Assembly (NCBI GenBank): GCA_902787955.1
Contig: CADAIJ010000007.1
Coordinates: 128,326-192,325, forward strand
DNA length: 64,000 nt
Source: an uncultured Erysipelotrichaceae bacterium
GTDB lineage: Bacteria; Bacillota_I; Bacilli_A; RFN20; CAG-826
Reading direction: 5' to 3'
In this document: one piece after another, positions 38,714-48,461 of the stretch
How positions within the stretch are numbered: position 1 is the stretch's first letter
Layout: each line of letters begins with the position of its first letter
Translations under genes and position numbers: made by a program
Notes under the pieces: model-generated
Told to the model about the DNA's origin: nothing
The model's database searches: none
Seen by the model: the letters and a program-made list of their open reading frames with translations, nothing else

Positions 38714-40027
38714 TTATATATCGCGGTAACCTAGCATCCAATTTATCCAACTTCGAATTGTTGAAGCTCTCCTTTTAAATGTGGAATCTGATAATTTTAA
38801 TGTATCTTTTTTATCTAAAAGCATCATCTCAATATCATCTGTGGTTGACTTAGTAATACTCTTTTCTCTCAAATCATTGTAAATTTTATTAAAAATGTCT
38901 TTCGAAATTAGTCTGTTAAATATCTCTTTTTCAATTTCTTCTTTATTACCTATTACCTTCAATGCGGAATCAGTAAACTTTTTTTCATGAGTGAGAAAAC
39001 CCAAATATACCAATGCCGAAAGGTAATAAGAGATTTGCCTTTCCGTATTTAAATCTAGAATTTTTAAAGCGTAGTCTTTATCATCTAAAACTCTTTGCCC
39101 CGCAATTAACATATTTACAATCTTAGTAATGTCATTTGCTTGAGGAAGAGTATTGTTAAAACCAAGAATTATAACTTCTTTTCCGCTTTTTCTTTCATTT
39201 CCATTAGAGTTAATACTGCGCAAAGTGGAAAACTTTTCTGCATAGTAGAAAATTTGGTATTTAGAATCTTTAGAAAATAACTCTATTACTTTTTCTGTCG
39301 CATTATTACTAAGAACTAATGCAGCGCCATTATCAATTGCTCTATCGCAAACAATTTTTAATTTTTCAAAATCACTAAATGTAAATCCAGCTAATTGATA
39401 TTTTGTAAAACCATCATCATCCTCATAATCATATGGTGGATCAACATAAATTATGTCGCCTGCTTTTGCCATATTTATTGCAGCCTCATAGGAACCAGAT
39501 AGAATTTTTATCGTATCCTTATTCTCAAATAAATATTTATGTATTTCTCTTAAGTTCGAACTATCACAGATTGTTGGATTTCGATATCTTCCGATTGGCG
39601 TGTTGAATTGCCCTTTATTATTAACTCGGTATAAGCCGTTGTAGCATGTTTTGTTAAGGAAAATCATGCGTGCAGCTCTTTCGACTGGTGAGTATGCTTG
39701 CGGCCAATCTTCTCTTCTATCCCACGCTCTTACTTCATAATAAAAATCGTCAGGATCTTGCCTGTATTTAGTATCAAATTCTTGAAGCTTAATAATTAAT
39801 TCTTCAATCTTATTGGACTGGATTACTTTATACGCATTTATTAAATCTTCGTTTAAATCGTTGATTATCGCCTTAGTGGGTTTGCGATCAAAAAACACTG
39901 CGCCGCCACCTAAAAAAGGTTCGATATAAGTAAAATCTTGAGAACCATCTGCTATTTCATCGATGTATCCATTGATTTTATCTAATATTTGCCTTTTTCC
40001 ACCGGCCCATTTAACAAAAGGTTTCAT
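38714..40027 (-). CDS. Dam-family (D12 class) N6-adenine DNA methyltransferase with a C-terminal extension of about 150 aa
   Basis: FVKWAGGKRQIL N-terminal signature, FLGGGAVFF SAM motif, and VDPPYD catalytic motif. Confidence 0.8.
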   Translation of the reverse strand: MKPFVKWAGGKRQILDKINGYIDEIADGSQDFTYIEPFLGGGAVFFDRKPTKAIINDLNEDLINAYKVIQSNKIEELIIKLQEFDTKYRQDPDDFYYEVRAWDRREDWPQAYSPVERAARMIFLNKTCYNGLYRVNNKGQFNTPIGRYRNPTICDSSNLREIHKYLFENKDTIKILSGSYEAAINMAKAGDIIYVDPPYDYEDDDGFTKYQLAGFTFSDFEKLKIVCDRAIDNGAALVLSNNATEKVIELFSKDSKYQIFYYAEKFSTLRSINSNGNERKSGKEVIILGFNNTLPQANDITKIVNMLIAGQRVLDDKDYALKILDLNTERQISYYLSALVYLGFLTHEKKFTDSALKVIGNKEEIEKEIFNRLISKDIFNKIYNDLREKSITKSTTDDIEMMLLDKKDTLKLSDSTFKRRASTIRSWINWMLGYRDI

Positions 40028-40034
40028 TTATTAT

Positions 40035-40775
40035 TTATTCACTAGTTAATTTCTTTAATTGATTGTATACCATTTCTGCTAAATCTTCTTCACTTATCGC
40101 GTCTAACAATCTTACGCTGCCTAAATAAGAAATGTATTTTGCTATTTCTGCATATAAATCATTATTTTCATTGTTTGGGTTTTCATCGTAAAACCTTTTT
40201 TCTCCGCGTAAGGCACCTCTCACTAAATGTTCTTCAGAAGAGAATGAACGCCATGTTAGGTTTCTAAATCTCAATGGATTCTCAACAACCCATTTTGATA
40301 ATTCATACTTATCGGGTTTTGATTCATCAACAGTAAGTGCTATACGGAAATAACATCGAGATAAAACCCCAAACATGAGTCCTCTTCTAACACCTGTTGT
40401 GTGAAGCCACATATTTTTAATTGTTGTTGAACTATTAATCTTCATAAGGTTTTTGGTAACTAAATAGAATTTATCTAAATGCAACCAAAGCCAGAATCTT
40501 ACATCGGTTAAAATGTGTCGTGGAAGTTGATTTAAGTGTTCATATAACCTTTTAGAGTTTTCGAAATCGATTTCTTTATCTTTTCCTTCAGGGTTATCAA
40601 TTAATTCAAAATCTTCAATTGCGATTTTCTTTTCAACAAACATTGGTTGAGGAAAAGTATCTTTCATCCAAGCATTATCATCATTTGAGATAATTAAATT
40701 AGTCAAAGATTCAACGTTATGAACAAAATATTCATAAGCATCATTTGATAAAAGTTTAATATGAATAAACGCCAT
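40035..40775 (-). CDS. hypothetical protein (cassette member)
   Basis: 246 aa; directly follows the next ORF upstream with a 2-nt gap. Confidence 0.4.
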   Translation of the reverse strand: MAFIHIKLLSNDAYEYFVHNVESLTNLIISNDDNAWMKDTFPQPMFVEKKIAIEDFELIDNPEGKDKEIDFENSKRLYEHLNQLPRHILTDVRFWLWLHLDKFYLVTKNLMKINSSTTIKNMWLHTTGVRRGLMFGVLSRCYFRIALTVDESKPDKYELSKWVVENPLRFRNLTWRSFSSEEHLVRGALRGEKRFYDENPNNENNDLYAEIAKYISYLGSVRLLDAISEEDLAEMVYNQLKKLTSE

Positions 40776-40777
40776 AA

Positions 40778-41683
40778 TTATTCCTCCTCAGGTTGTGCTG
40801 TTTTCGATTGAAGCGATAATTTTTCAAGACTAGAACCAAAAGGTTTTTTCAAAAGCTGTTGTGCGAAAGAACACGCAGAAGTCTTCTTAAATGTATCAAC
40901 TTCTAAATCGGTTCCAAATAATCTTTTGTATGATGACAAAACCGATCTAAACCAAATATGTTTATTACAAATATCATCGAAATCTACGTCATCATCTTGA
41001 ATTTCACTTTTACAAATTGAGAAGCCTTCAGTTAACGCTGGAATAAGCAAAGAATTAAAGAACATTTCTTGATAAGCAGGAATTGCATAAATGATTTTAT
41101 AATTATCAAAATCTTTCTTTGCCATCGTAATAACAATCTTCTTAGAAGAATCGCAATCAACAGAAAACATTCCATCTTCTAGTTTTTCATCGCAAATAAT
41201 GGAGAATATAGATGAGACAACATTGTTTTCTTTTTCTTCGTGACGGGCATGCATGTTAAACCCATCATAAACTGCGACTATATCATATTTTTCAATGCTG
41301 AATTTATAGTCTAAGTAATCATCATCAAACTCGTCAGATGAGAGTATAAAATCTTCTGTTGCATAAGCAAATAATGAGCAATCCAATCTTTCATTAAAAT
41401 CAGATTTATATAAAGTTAATTTTTGAGGTTGCTGAGTAATGACAAATTTTTTTCTAAATACGGTATACGAACATTCAATAATTAATAAGATTTCAATTTT
41501 CTTTTCATCATAAAGCTTTTGGATTGTTTTGCTGTTCGTCACGAAACAAATGTTATCAAAAACAAATCTGTCATCATATTCAATAAAATCGTAGCTAAGA
41601 TCAAAGGTTAAATCTTTGTAATTAGATAATCCTAAATTTTTATTAATAACAGGATACGGAAACAGCTTATTTCTGACTTGCAT
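40778..41683 (-). CDS. hypothetical protein (cassette member)
   Basis: 301 aa, acidic; overlaps the GHKL gene by 17 nt, implying translational coupling. Confidence 0.4.
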   Translation of the reverse strand: MQVRNKLFPYPVINKNLGLSNYKDLTFDLSYDFIEYDDRFVFDNICFVTNSKTIQKLYDEKKIEILLIIECSYTVFRKKFVITQQPQKLTLYKSDFNERLDCSLFAYATEDFILSSDEFDDDYLDYKFSIEKYDIVAVYDGFNMHARHEEKENNVVSSIFSIICDEKLEDGMFSVDCDSSKKIVITMAKKDFDNYKIIYAIPAYQEMFFNSLLIPALTEGFSICKSEIQDDDVDFDDICNKHIWFRSVLSSYKRLFGTDLEVDTFKKTSACSFAQQLLKKPFGSSLEKLSLQSKTAQPEEE

Positions 41684-43610
41684 ATGTTATTTTAACCTCG
41701 CTTCCAAAATTTTCGTGAATATTTGTAACTAATTGAATTAAGACTTTTTGTCCTTCTTTTATCGAAAAAGGCCCAGCTTCAATTTGTGTTGAGCAATCAA
41801 CATTAATTCCATTCACTTTCATTTCTATAATCTCAATTTGCTCGCCACCATTTACATCATCAAGTCTTAAAAGTGATAAGTAACATTCTTCTTTAGAAGT
41901 TGGGGCATTAAAGACAACGTTAAATCTGCCTTCTTTTGGGTTTACACCAATAAACTTATAATTTACTCCGGCGAGCTTTGTTCGAACGAAAATGACGCTA
42001 TCCCCATCTTTTTTTCCACCTTTTTCAGTGCCAGGATGAGGGTCACCACCAGTTTTTTCATTCCTACCACCAGGATATTCAACTTCATTGCCTTCATCAT
42101 CAATGCCACCAATTTGTGGTTCAAGTCCATTGTCAAAATCGCTCTTATAGTTTGCGTTCTTGCTAGATGTTGAATTTTCTTTTCTTTTTGACATTGTAAC
42201 TTCATCAGCTGGTTTTGGTTTTTCATTATTCTTCTGTCCGCTATCACCTGCAGCTTCATCTGGCAAATATTCACCGGCCCCATTTGGATCGATCGGATCA
42301 TCATTGTCTAGTTGAAGACATTCAATAATTTTCTCATTAATCTTTATTTTAATTTCATTAATTAATCCAACGATTTCTTTTTTATATGCTTTATCTTCAA
42401 TTCTATTTGTTTCCCAATCATCATGTTTTGGGTTTTCTATATTGCGTAGGGCTTTTCCTAAATCTTCGCCTTCAATAATACAAAGTGCAGAAGCATCATA
42501 TGAATTCGACATATTAAAGTTTTTAATCTTCATATATGGTTTTCTAATCATTGTGATTTGATGTGTTGCCAAATCAGAATTATCTTTGCCAAGTTTTAAT
42601 ATATATAAACTGCAATTGCCATATTCTGTATCGATATCGAAAACGCTAACATCTTCTCCACCTTTTAAAATTAAATATTGAGATACTATTTCATTTTTTA
42701 ACTTAGCATCAATGAGTTCTTCGTCAAAAACTAAACTATCAAGTGTTTCTTTTGAAATAATAATATCTTGATATTTTACAACTATATGACCGTAGAAAAT
42801 CGATGCCATGAATGACTCAAGCACGCTATTAACAACTTCTTTTTTAGTATCTGCAGAATCAGAGTAACCGATAATAAAAATATCGGTTCCACATTCATCG
42901 TTTCGATTCAATGCACTCTCATCAAGCATCAATAAATTATCGCAAGGTTCATGCAATTCATTAGAACAATAATATCCCTTTCCTAAAGTGTAATCATTGC
43001 TTTGAGAACCAACAACTACACCGGAAGCAAAATCGGCAACGCCAATTGATCCAGAATAACTACACAGTTCACCGTTTAGCCCTTGATTTGTCTTAGTTGA
43101 ATAAAATACAACCTTAGTTGAAGACATTAAAAAGGCAGCATTTTTACCAACACCCTTAGATCCTCCTGCTAACTCACTAGGTTTTTCTGATACACCAGTA
43201 CTTTTAGCTAAAGCTAAAAATCTATTATTTTCTGATTCGTTACTTTCTATACCAACTAGACCAGTTGTATTGTAGTCGCTTACTCTTAGACATGTGATTT
43301 TTTTGCTAGATAATGACTTTAATATTTTGTCATAAACAGCAACATAGTCTTTCTTGTATGACCAAAGATCAATACAGTTTTGGGCAGCTTGGCGAAGTTC
43401 GTCAATCCCCGGAATCTTAGCTGTATCAATTTCAAATGTTTTAAATTCAACAAGGACAGGACTCTCGTCTGAAGCTCTCGCATCAATTGAGTTCTGTAAA
43501 ATTTCACGTGCAAAGCCTTTATGCGCGTTCTTTTTGAATGTTTCGGTATCAGCAGTGCTTATACCCCTTTTATCAGTGTGATTTGCTTTAGGAAATCTCC
43601 AATTATTCAT
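41667..43610 (-). CDS. GHKL/Bergerat-fold ATPase (MORC/MutL-like HATPase_c) protein
   Basis: Motif N FAREILQNSIDA, G1-like SDYNTTGLVG, G2-like GGSKGVGKNAAF. The large C-terminal region has no recognised motif. Confidence 0.65.
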   Translation of the reverse strand: MNNWRFPKANHTDKRGISTADTETFKKNAHKGFAREILQNSIDARASDESPVLVEFKTFEIDTAKIPGIDELRQAAQNCIDLWSYKKDYVAVYDKILKSLSSKKITCLRVSDYNTTGLVGIESNESENNRFLALAKSTGVSEKPSELAGGSKGVGKNAAFLMSSTKVVFYSTKTNQGLNGELCSYSGSIGVADFASGVVVGSQSNDYTLGKGYYCSNELHEPCDNLLMLDESALNRNDECGTDIFIIGYSDSADTKKEVVNSVLESFMASIFYGHIVVKYQDIIISKETLDSLVFDEELIDAKLKNEIVSQYLILKGGEDVSVFDIDTEYGNCSLYILKLGKDNSDLATHQITMIRKPYMKIKNFNMSNSYDASALCIIEGEDLGKALRNIENPKHDDWETNRIEDKAYKKEIVGLINEIKIKINEKIIECLQLDNDDPIDPNGAGEYLPDEAAGDSGQKNNEKPKPADEVTMSKRKENSTSSKNANYKSDFDNGLEPQIGGIDDEGNEVEYPGGRNEKTGGDPHPGTEKGGKKDGDSVIFVRTKLAGVNYKFIGVNPKEGRFNVVFNAPTSKEECYLSLLRLDDVNGGEQIEIIEMKVNGINVDCSTQIEAGPFSIKEGQKVLIQLVTNIHENFGSEVKITYASQK

Positions 43611-43629
43611 ACCTTTCCCCCTTTCTTAC

Positions 43630-43851
43630 CTATAACTCGAATCTTTTATTATTCTTATTGTTTTTCTTTAAAAGATATTCTTTAACTTTTTTTGTTTCTT
43701 TCTCTATTAAGCTAAACATTTTCGCAATATCATCGTCATCATATTCATAGTAAGAAGCATTGCTCAAGTTGCCTAATTGATTAATAGAAGAAACAATTTT
43801 TGAAACACGGTTTTCTGAAATCCTTTTAAAATTAGATCTTTTATTTTCCAT
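43630..43851 (-). CDS. small hypothetical protein (73 aa)
   Basis: ORF positioned between operon members. Confidence 0.3.
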   Translation of the reverse strand: MENKRSNFKRISENRVSKIVSSINQLGNLSNASYYEYDDDDIAKMFSLIEKETKKVKEYLLKKNNKNNKRFEL

Positions 43852-43937
43852 ATCAGTTTCCTCACAAAAATGTTACTATAACAAGCAATATACGTCAAAT
43901 ATTTTCGTAATATTTTTCAACTATTGTGAAAATCAAA

Positions 43938-45359
43938 TTATTTTACTAAAGTAACTTTAAAATTTAATGCACTATAAGTTGACCCACTATTTTCAACAGC
44001 ATAGTGCTCTCTTAAAAAAGAATTAATTATTCCTAGAAGAAGATATTTGTTCCAAGGGTAAACTAATGTTGGCAAAGATGAAAATCCTTTATATGTTTCA
44101 GAATCTATATTTGAAAAACTATTGATATAGAAATCTATTTCATCTTTTATCTTTTCTAAATCGCTATCAGTAATAATAAAGCTGCTCTTTCTAACAAATT
44201 TATCTTCGTTAATACTGACATAGTCATCAGCAATATCTTCAGCAAACTGCTGTATGTTTGTCAAAAATGTTATATTCAATTTCTTCGCATGCTGTTTTAG
44301 CTCGGAAAGTGTAAACGAATCTTTTGAATACGCATATTCCTTAATCATTTGTTCTTTAGAAAGGGCGGTCTCTTTTGAAAGAGAGATAAATGGTTTAGAA
44401 AAATAATAAGTTCTTCGTAACCCTAATTTAGCGATTGAGAATAAAACATTGCGGTTTGAGGATGTCCCAAGCTCTTTCATTTTGTCATAATGTAAAAGCA
44501 TCATTCTACTGTATAACTTATCAATAGAAATTGTTGTTGTTTTTAAAGAATCAAACAGGTATTGAATTTCTTTTGATAAGATTGGAATAAAATCTTCACT
44601 CAATTTGAGATCATTATTATCAAAGAATTCTTTATCAGCAAAGTAACTGTCTAAATAATTGAGACATTTTTCAATAGCACCAGCACTTTTTGGTGATGTT
44701 ATATATTTTGTCTGTGCATATTCAATCGTTTTTGTTTTGTAATTAAAAAAAGCAAATTCATCTTCAAACAAGAAAAAATCAGTAAACCCTGGCGAAATTT
44801 CATGCAATAATCCGTTAATAGTTTCAAAGTTATTAATAATATGGTTTGCTTTAAAAACATCGAGGCCAATACTTTTTAATGCTTTTTTAAATCCTTTTAC
44901 AGCTTCATTATGATAATATTCCTTAACTTCTTTAGGTTCACAAACGTGATGTCTTGAAATTAATAAAAGGCAAGATTTTAAATCGACATCATAAAATTCA
45001 AGTATGTTGACAAGCATCATAAATGAATGGGTGGCGGTGTGATTTAAGTTAATGTATAAATCACGATACATCCTATGATTTGAATTTTTGGTTTCACTAA
45101 AGAGTTTTTGCTTGCTCCACCACAATTCGTATGACAAAAGTTCCTCTTTGGTTTTAGGGTTTAAACTATCAAGTATTTTTAAAACATCAAAAACGAGATT
45201 TGTCCACCCTGTTGGATATAACTTAATATTGTCACATTCAAAATAAAATGGGGTTGTATCAGTTAAAACAGGAGTCTCTGTATCAAGAGCATATTCATAA
45301 TAATGATGCCCATTAATTACATGAATCTTATATTTATCTTTTAGCTCATCGAAAGTCAT
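43938..45359 (-). CDS. hypothetical protein (first gene of the GHKL/Dam cassette)
   Basis: 473 aa; a TATAAT lies immediately upstream; no motif recognised. Confidence 0.4.
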   Translation of the reverse strand: MTFDELKDKYKIHVINGHHYYEYALDTETPVLTDTTPFYFECDNIKLYPTGWTNLVFDVLKILDSLNPKTKEELLSYELWWSKQKLFSETKNSNHRMYRDLYINLNHTATHSFMMLVNILEFYDVDLKSCLLLISRHHVCEPKEVKEYYHNEAVKGFKKALKSIGLDVFKANHIINNFETINGLLHEISPGFTDFFLFEDEFAFFNYKTKTIEYAQTKYITSPKSAGAIEKCLNYLDSYFADKEFFDNNDLKLSEDFIPILSKEIQYLFDSLKTTTISIDKLYSRMMLLHYDKMKELGTSSNRNVLFSIAKLGLRRTYYFSKPFISLSKETALSKEQMIKEYAYSKDSFTLSELKQHAKKLNITFLTNIQQFAEDIADDYVSINEDKFVRKSSFIITDSDLEKIKDEIDFYINSFSNIDSETYKGFSSLPTLVYPWNKYLLLGIINSFLREHYAVENSGSTYSALNFKVTLVK

Positions 45360-45421
45360 AACTAACTCTTATTATAAAAAATCATTGGTTTATTCAACAA
45401 CACCTATTTTATTTCGAAACA

Positions 45422-45523
45422 ACTAAATTGAGGCGGACATTTCTTGTCCTCACACCTATATAAATAATACCCATATAATTAAGGCACAGCATTGGAACCC
45501 AGTGTAGTCACCTTGCTGGTGGC
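45422..45523. repeat. copy 2 of the cassette-boundary repeat (5' part of the GC-rich non-coding segment)
   Basis: Aligns base-for-base with 38559..38658 and carries compensatory hairpin substitutions. Confidence 0.65.
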
Positions 45524-45995
45524 TGGGGCCTAGCCTAGTATAAGGAGAAATGTGGGATACTGCATCAATCCGAAGACCAAAGTAGAAATACTTAGGTATC
45601 CGACTAAAAGAGTCGCTTAGGTTAGTGGCGCATTTCGCTTCTATATGTAAGTAGGTAATAGACCAGGCATGACAAGAGGCTCTGCAGAAATGCATCCCAC
45701 GTGCAGATAGTAGGTTTGAGACCCTATTATCTCCGTTCTCAAAGGAAGTGCTTGATTTGACGGGTGGTGACATCCTATAACTGGTCTATTATGCATCAGT
45801 AGGGGAATATCAAGTTGACCTAGTTATGAAGATCATCTTGCTGAAGCTCCCTGAAAGTTGGAGGATACTGGTTCCTCCCTAGGTATCGGTTAGTAATAAC
45901 TCTCATCGGAAGTAACGGGGTCGCTCCCTATTACTCAGCCCGATGCGTTAGTGTACGAACAACATATCGAAGTAAGAGGTGTATGACGAAGGTCG
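45422..45995. ncRNA. candidate large structured non-coding RNA (unclassified; strand unresolved)
   Basis: About 570 bp with clearly higher GC than the surroundings and no credible ORF. Many perfect hairpins, for example GGAGGAtactggtTCCTCC. An interleaved AGTAATA / CATCGG / TATTACT / CCGATG arrangement is pseudoknot-like. Confidence 0.4.
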
Positions 45996-46044
45996 CCAGT
46001 GCTATTTTTATTTAATACTTACTAGAAAAGGAGGGAGTTCCTAT

Positions 46045-46254
46045 ATGAAAAAGACAAAATCAAAGTCTAGTTACACTAACATATGGTTACATAGAAATAA
46101 ACATATGTGGCATGAGTTGGATGGCTTAATTATTCTTGAGGATAGAGAGCACACTCCTAAGATAGTTAGAGATAGAGTAGACGAGATCAATTCGAAGAAA
46201 ATGAAACCGTCAAATAATGACGATATTATGGAATTCCTTAAAGACTTCCTTTAG
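46045..46254 (+). CDS. small basic hypothetical protein (about 70 aa)
   Basis: AAAAGGAGGG RBS 7 nt before the ATG at 46045; a terminator hairpin follows. Confidence 0.45.
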   Translation: MKKTKSKSSYTNIWLHRNKHMWHELDGLIILEDREHTPKIVRDRVDEINSKKMKPSNNDDIMEFLKDFL

Positions 46255-46529
46255 GAACAAGGGTTGAGCGACATCAATCCTTTTTCTTTACTTATAAAGA
46301 TTATTTGAAAAAGAAAACATCCAGTAAGGATGTCGAATGCAGAGACCTTAAAGGCTTCCGCGAATACGTTAACTACATCGATACTGGATGTACCATCGTT
46401 TTCAATACGGCGGATATTTCTCACACTGTATCCTACGATGTCTGCTAAGTAGTCTTGTGTCCAATTCTTACTTAGTCTTAGTTGCTTAATGGATTTACCT
46501 ATTAAGCTTGAATCAATTAATGTACTCAT
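46251..46529 (-). CDS. XRE-family HTH regulator
   Basis: NWTQDYLADIVGYSVRNIRRIE is an HTH_3 motif. Confidence 0.6.
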   Translation of the reverse strand: MSTLIDSSLIGKSIKQLRLSKNWTQDYLADIVGYSVRNIRRIENDGTSSIDVVNVFAEAFKVSAFDILTGCFLFQIIFISKEKGLMSLNPCS

Positions 46530-46664
46530 ACAACACCTCCTATTCTTTGATTCATAATTTGTTTCGTAATTTACTAATAGAGGTTTTATGAGTGAAATCT
46601 ATTCTATAGATTGTTGACTCGGTAGCAACGCTGATTTTTGCTACCGAGTACAATCTAATAAGAA

Positions 46665-46880
46665 TTACGCTAGAAGTTTTGCGATTTCTGTAACAACATA
46701 ATCGTATTGATCATTTTGATCTTTGATATAGTCGAGAACTACTTCTGGGAATTCTTTTTCTTCGGTTTTAAGAACTAAATAGCCGTATGAATCGTGTTCC
46801 CACTTATCTTTGTTACTATCAAGCCATTTGTTTGCTTCTTTTACTTGAAGATGTCTTTGATATAGATCTTTACTAAGCAT
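46665..46880 (-). CDS. small hypothetical protein
   Basis: 71-aa ORF in the minus-strand gene array. Confidence 0.35.
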   Translation of the reverse strand: MLSKDLYQRHLQVKEANKWLDSNKDKWEHDSYGYLVLKTEEKEFPEVVLDYIKDQNDQYDYVVTEIAKLLA

Positions 46881-46904
46881 ATCTATTCTCTACCTCCTTT
46901 CTTT

Positions 46905-47132
46905 TTAGTATTCGTCTGGATAATTTGTATTCCACCACGCTATACATTCTCTTGTATAACGCATGCTTTCGTTTTGATCGTCTGCAACTTGTCTAATCCA
47001 ATCAGGGACACTAGGGTCGATAATAACCATGTCTCCTTCTTTGTTAAACTCCCAAGTATCTGGATGAGTTTCTAACCAATAAAGACCTTTTTCGAATTTT
47101 TCCAAATGTGACATTTTTGTTATATCTTCCAT
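46905..47132 (-). CDS. small hypothetical protein (start revised to an internal ATG)
   Basis: AGGAGG lies 8 nt upstream of the ATG at 47132. The longer track ORF would include a GGCCCAG...CTGGGCC hairpin. Confidence 0.4.
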   Translation of the reverse strand: MEDITKMSHLEKFEKGLYWLETHPDTWEFNKEGDMVIIDPSVPDWIRQVADDQNESMRYTRECIAWWNTNYPDEY

Positions 47133-47394
47133 GCGAATACCTCCTAAAGGTTTTGTTTGGCCCAGTATATTCCCCTGGGCCATGGGAAGCGGTTATAGAA
47201 ATTAGAGAAAGGAGATGTCTATGGATTTAGATTATTCACTTCTTACCGCCGGAAGAAGGATAATCCCACAATGTAAGTCAATACGGTTTTCGTATCGACA
47301 CCATTAATGTACATAAAGAAAATGAAGTCGTACAAATTCCTGACTTGTTGATATTAACAATCCTATTTTTAATAGGATTAACTGAATTTATGGG

Positions 47395-48366
47395 TTATTT
47401 GCTGTTTTTCTTAATTAGGTTGTTTAAAGGTGGGTGTCCACTTTCTGTGAGCATTTTATTAGCCGCTACAAGATCCATATGATCGTTGAAAGCGCGCATA
47501 ATAATCTTGTCTTTGCTGATATTTGCATCAAGTTTCTCGTTTATTAATGATAGGAGTTCTTGTGTTTGACGTACATCAAGGCCTAGATTAAAGCAAATGC
47601 CTATGAGGGTATATTTCTTTGGAATCGATCCATTGAGAATATTGTTGAATCCTGTTTGACTAATAACACCTGAGAAACATTGTGCCTTACTAGCGGTCTT
47701 ATCAATCATGTATTTTTTTATTTTTAAAGATAGTTCGTTGGAATCTGGTGCTTTTCTTTGAATATCGTAAATGTTTGAGGTGTACCAGAAAAAACGTTCG
47801 TATTCTCGATCTCTGCTTTCTAGCATTTCCTTGCTTTCTTTTGTAAGGTGGCCACTGACAACATTGTAATTTTCGAAAATATCTTTGTATGTTTTAAACA
47901 TTGATTCGGTGTAAACCATTAAACCGACATTTAGTTCTTCGTGTTTTTCTAAATACTTTGTAATTGCGTTAATCGCTATCTCAATTGCATCTCTTTTAGG
48001 GTATTTATAGGCACCAGTGGATAGAAGTGGAAAAGCGATACTATCTAAATCGAAATCAGTTGCCATTTTTAAACAGGATAGATAAGAAATCATTAAGAGT
48101 CCTTCTTCGTTATGTTTACCATCAATCCACTTAGGATCTGCAACTAAGATAATTCTTTTACAAGGAAGGTTATACGCATTAACAATGATGCATTGGCCAA
48201 TATTGATTGGACTAAATTGTTTTAGTTCTCTGGCAAGTTTATCTCCACCTATTTTCGCTAGTTGTTCGCCCATTGGTCCTTCTAGTTTTAATGAAGGTTG
48301 TGTTGGCACTACAATAGCGTCGTAACGTTGCTCAAAGATATCTCCCTTAACAATACTGAACCCCAT
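47395..48366 (-). CDS. macro-domain protein (divergent MacroD-like N-terminal domain plus a C-terminal extension)
   Basis: SIVKGDIFEQRYDAIVVP...GEQLAKIGG parallels the macro-domain start VKGDIT...DAIVNAAN...GGGV. Confidence 0.5.
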   Translation of the reverse strand: MGFSIVKGDIFEQRYDAIVVPTQPSLKLEGPMGEQLAKIGGDKLARELKQFSPINIGQCIIVNAYNLPCKRIILVADPKWIDGKHNEEGLLMISYLSCLKMATDFDLDSIAFPLLSTGAYKYPKRDAIEIAINAITKYLEKHEELNVGLMVYTESMFKTYKDIFENYNVVSGHLTKESKEMLESRDREYERFFWYTSNIYDIQRKAPDSNELSLKIKKYMIDKTASKAQCFSGVISQTGFNNILNGSIPKKYTLIGICFNLGLDVRQTQELLSLINEKLDANISKDKIIMRAFNDHMDLVAANKMLTESGHPPLNNLIKKNSK

Positions 48367-48461
48367 AATAAATCCCTCCTTTATGCTATATAGCGATTTT
48401 TATGTCGACACCGCTATTATAACATTTAAGAAGGGATAAACCAAATCTACTCCTAGATTTT

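Noticed and set aside
31940-45523. Integron attC sites and cassettes
   Set aside because: The cassette-like layout is suggestive. However, no intI integrase was found, I did not identify GTTRRRY core sites, and the repeats are directly (not inversely) oriented at about 100 nt. This is reported as an unexplained boundary repeat rather than an integron.
45456-45773. 105-aa ORF on the minus strand inside the GC-rich segment
   Set aside because: The translation is low-complexity nonsense rich in C, S and H. It has no RBS. It overlaps the conserved boundary repeat and dense hairpins. The segment is better explained as non-coding RNA.
45422-45995. Group II intron or intron remnant
   Set aside because: Neither strand has a GUGYG 5' boundary, a domain V (AGC...GNRA...) hairpin or an IEP/RT ORF. 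The region is kept as an unclassified structured-RNA candidate instead.
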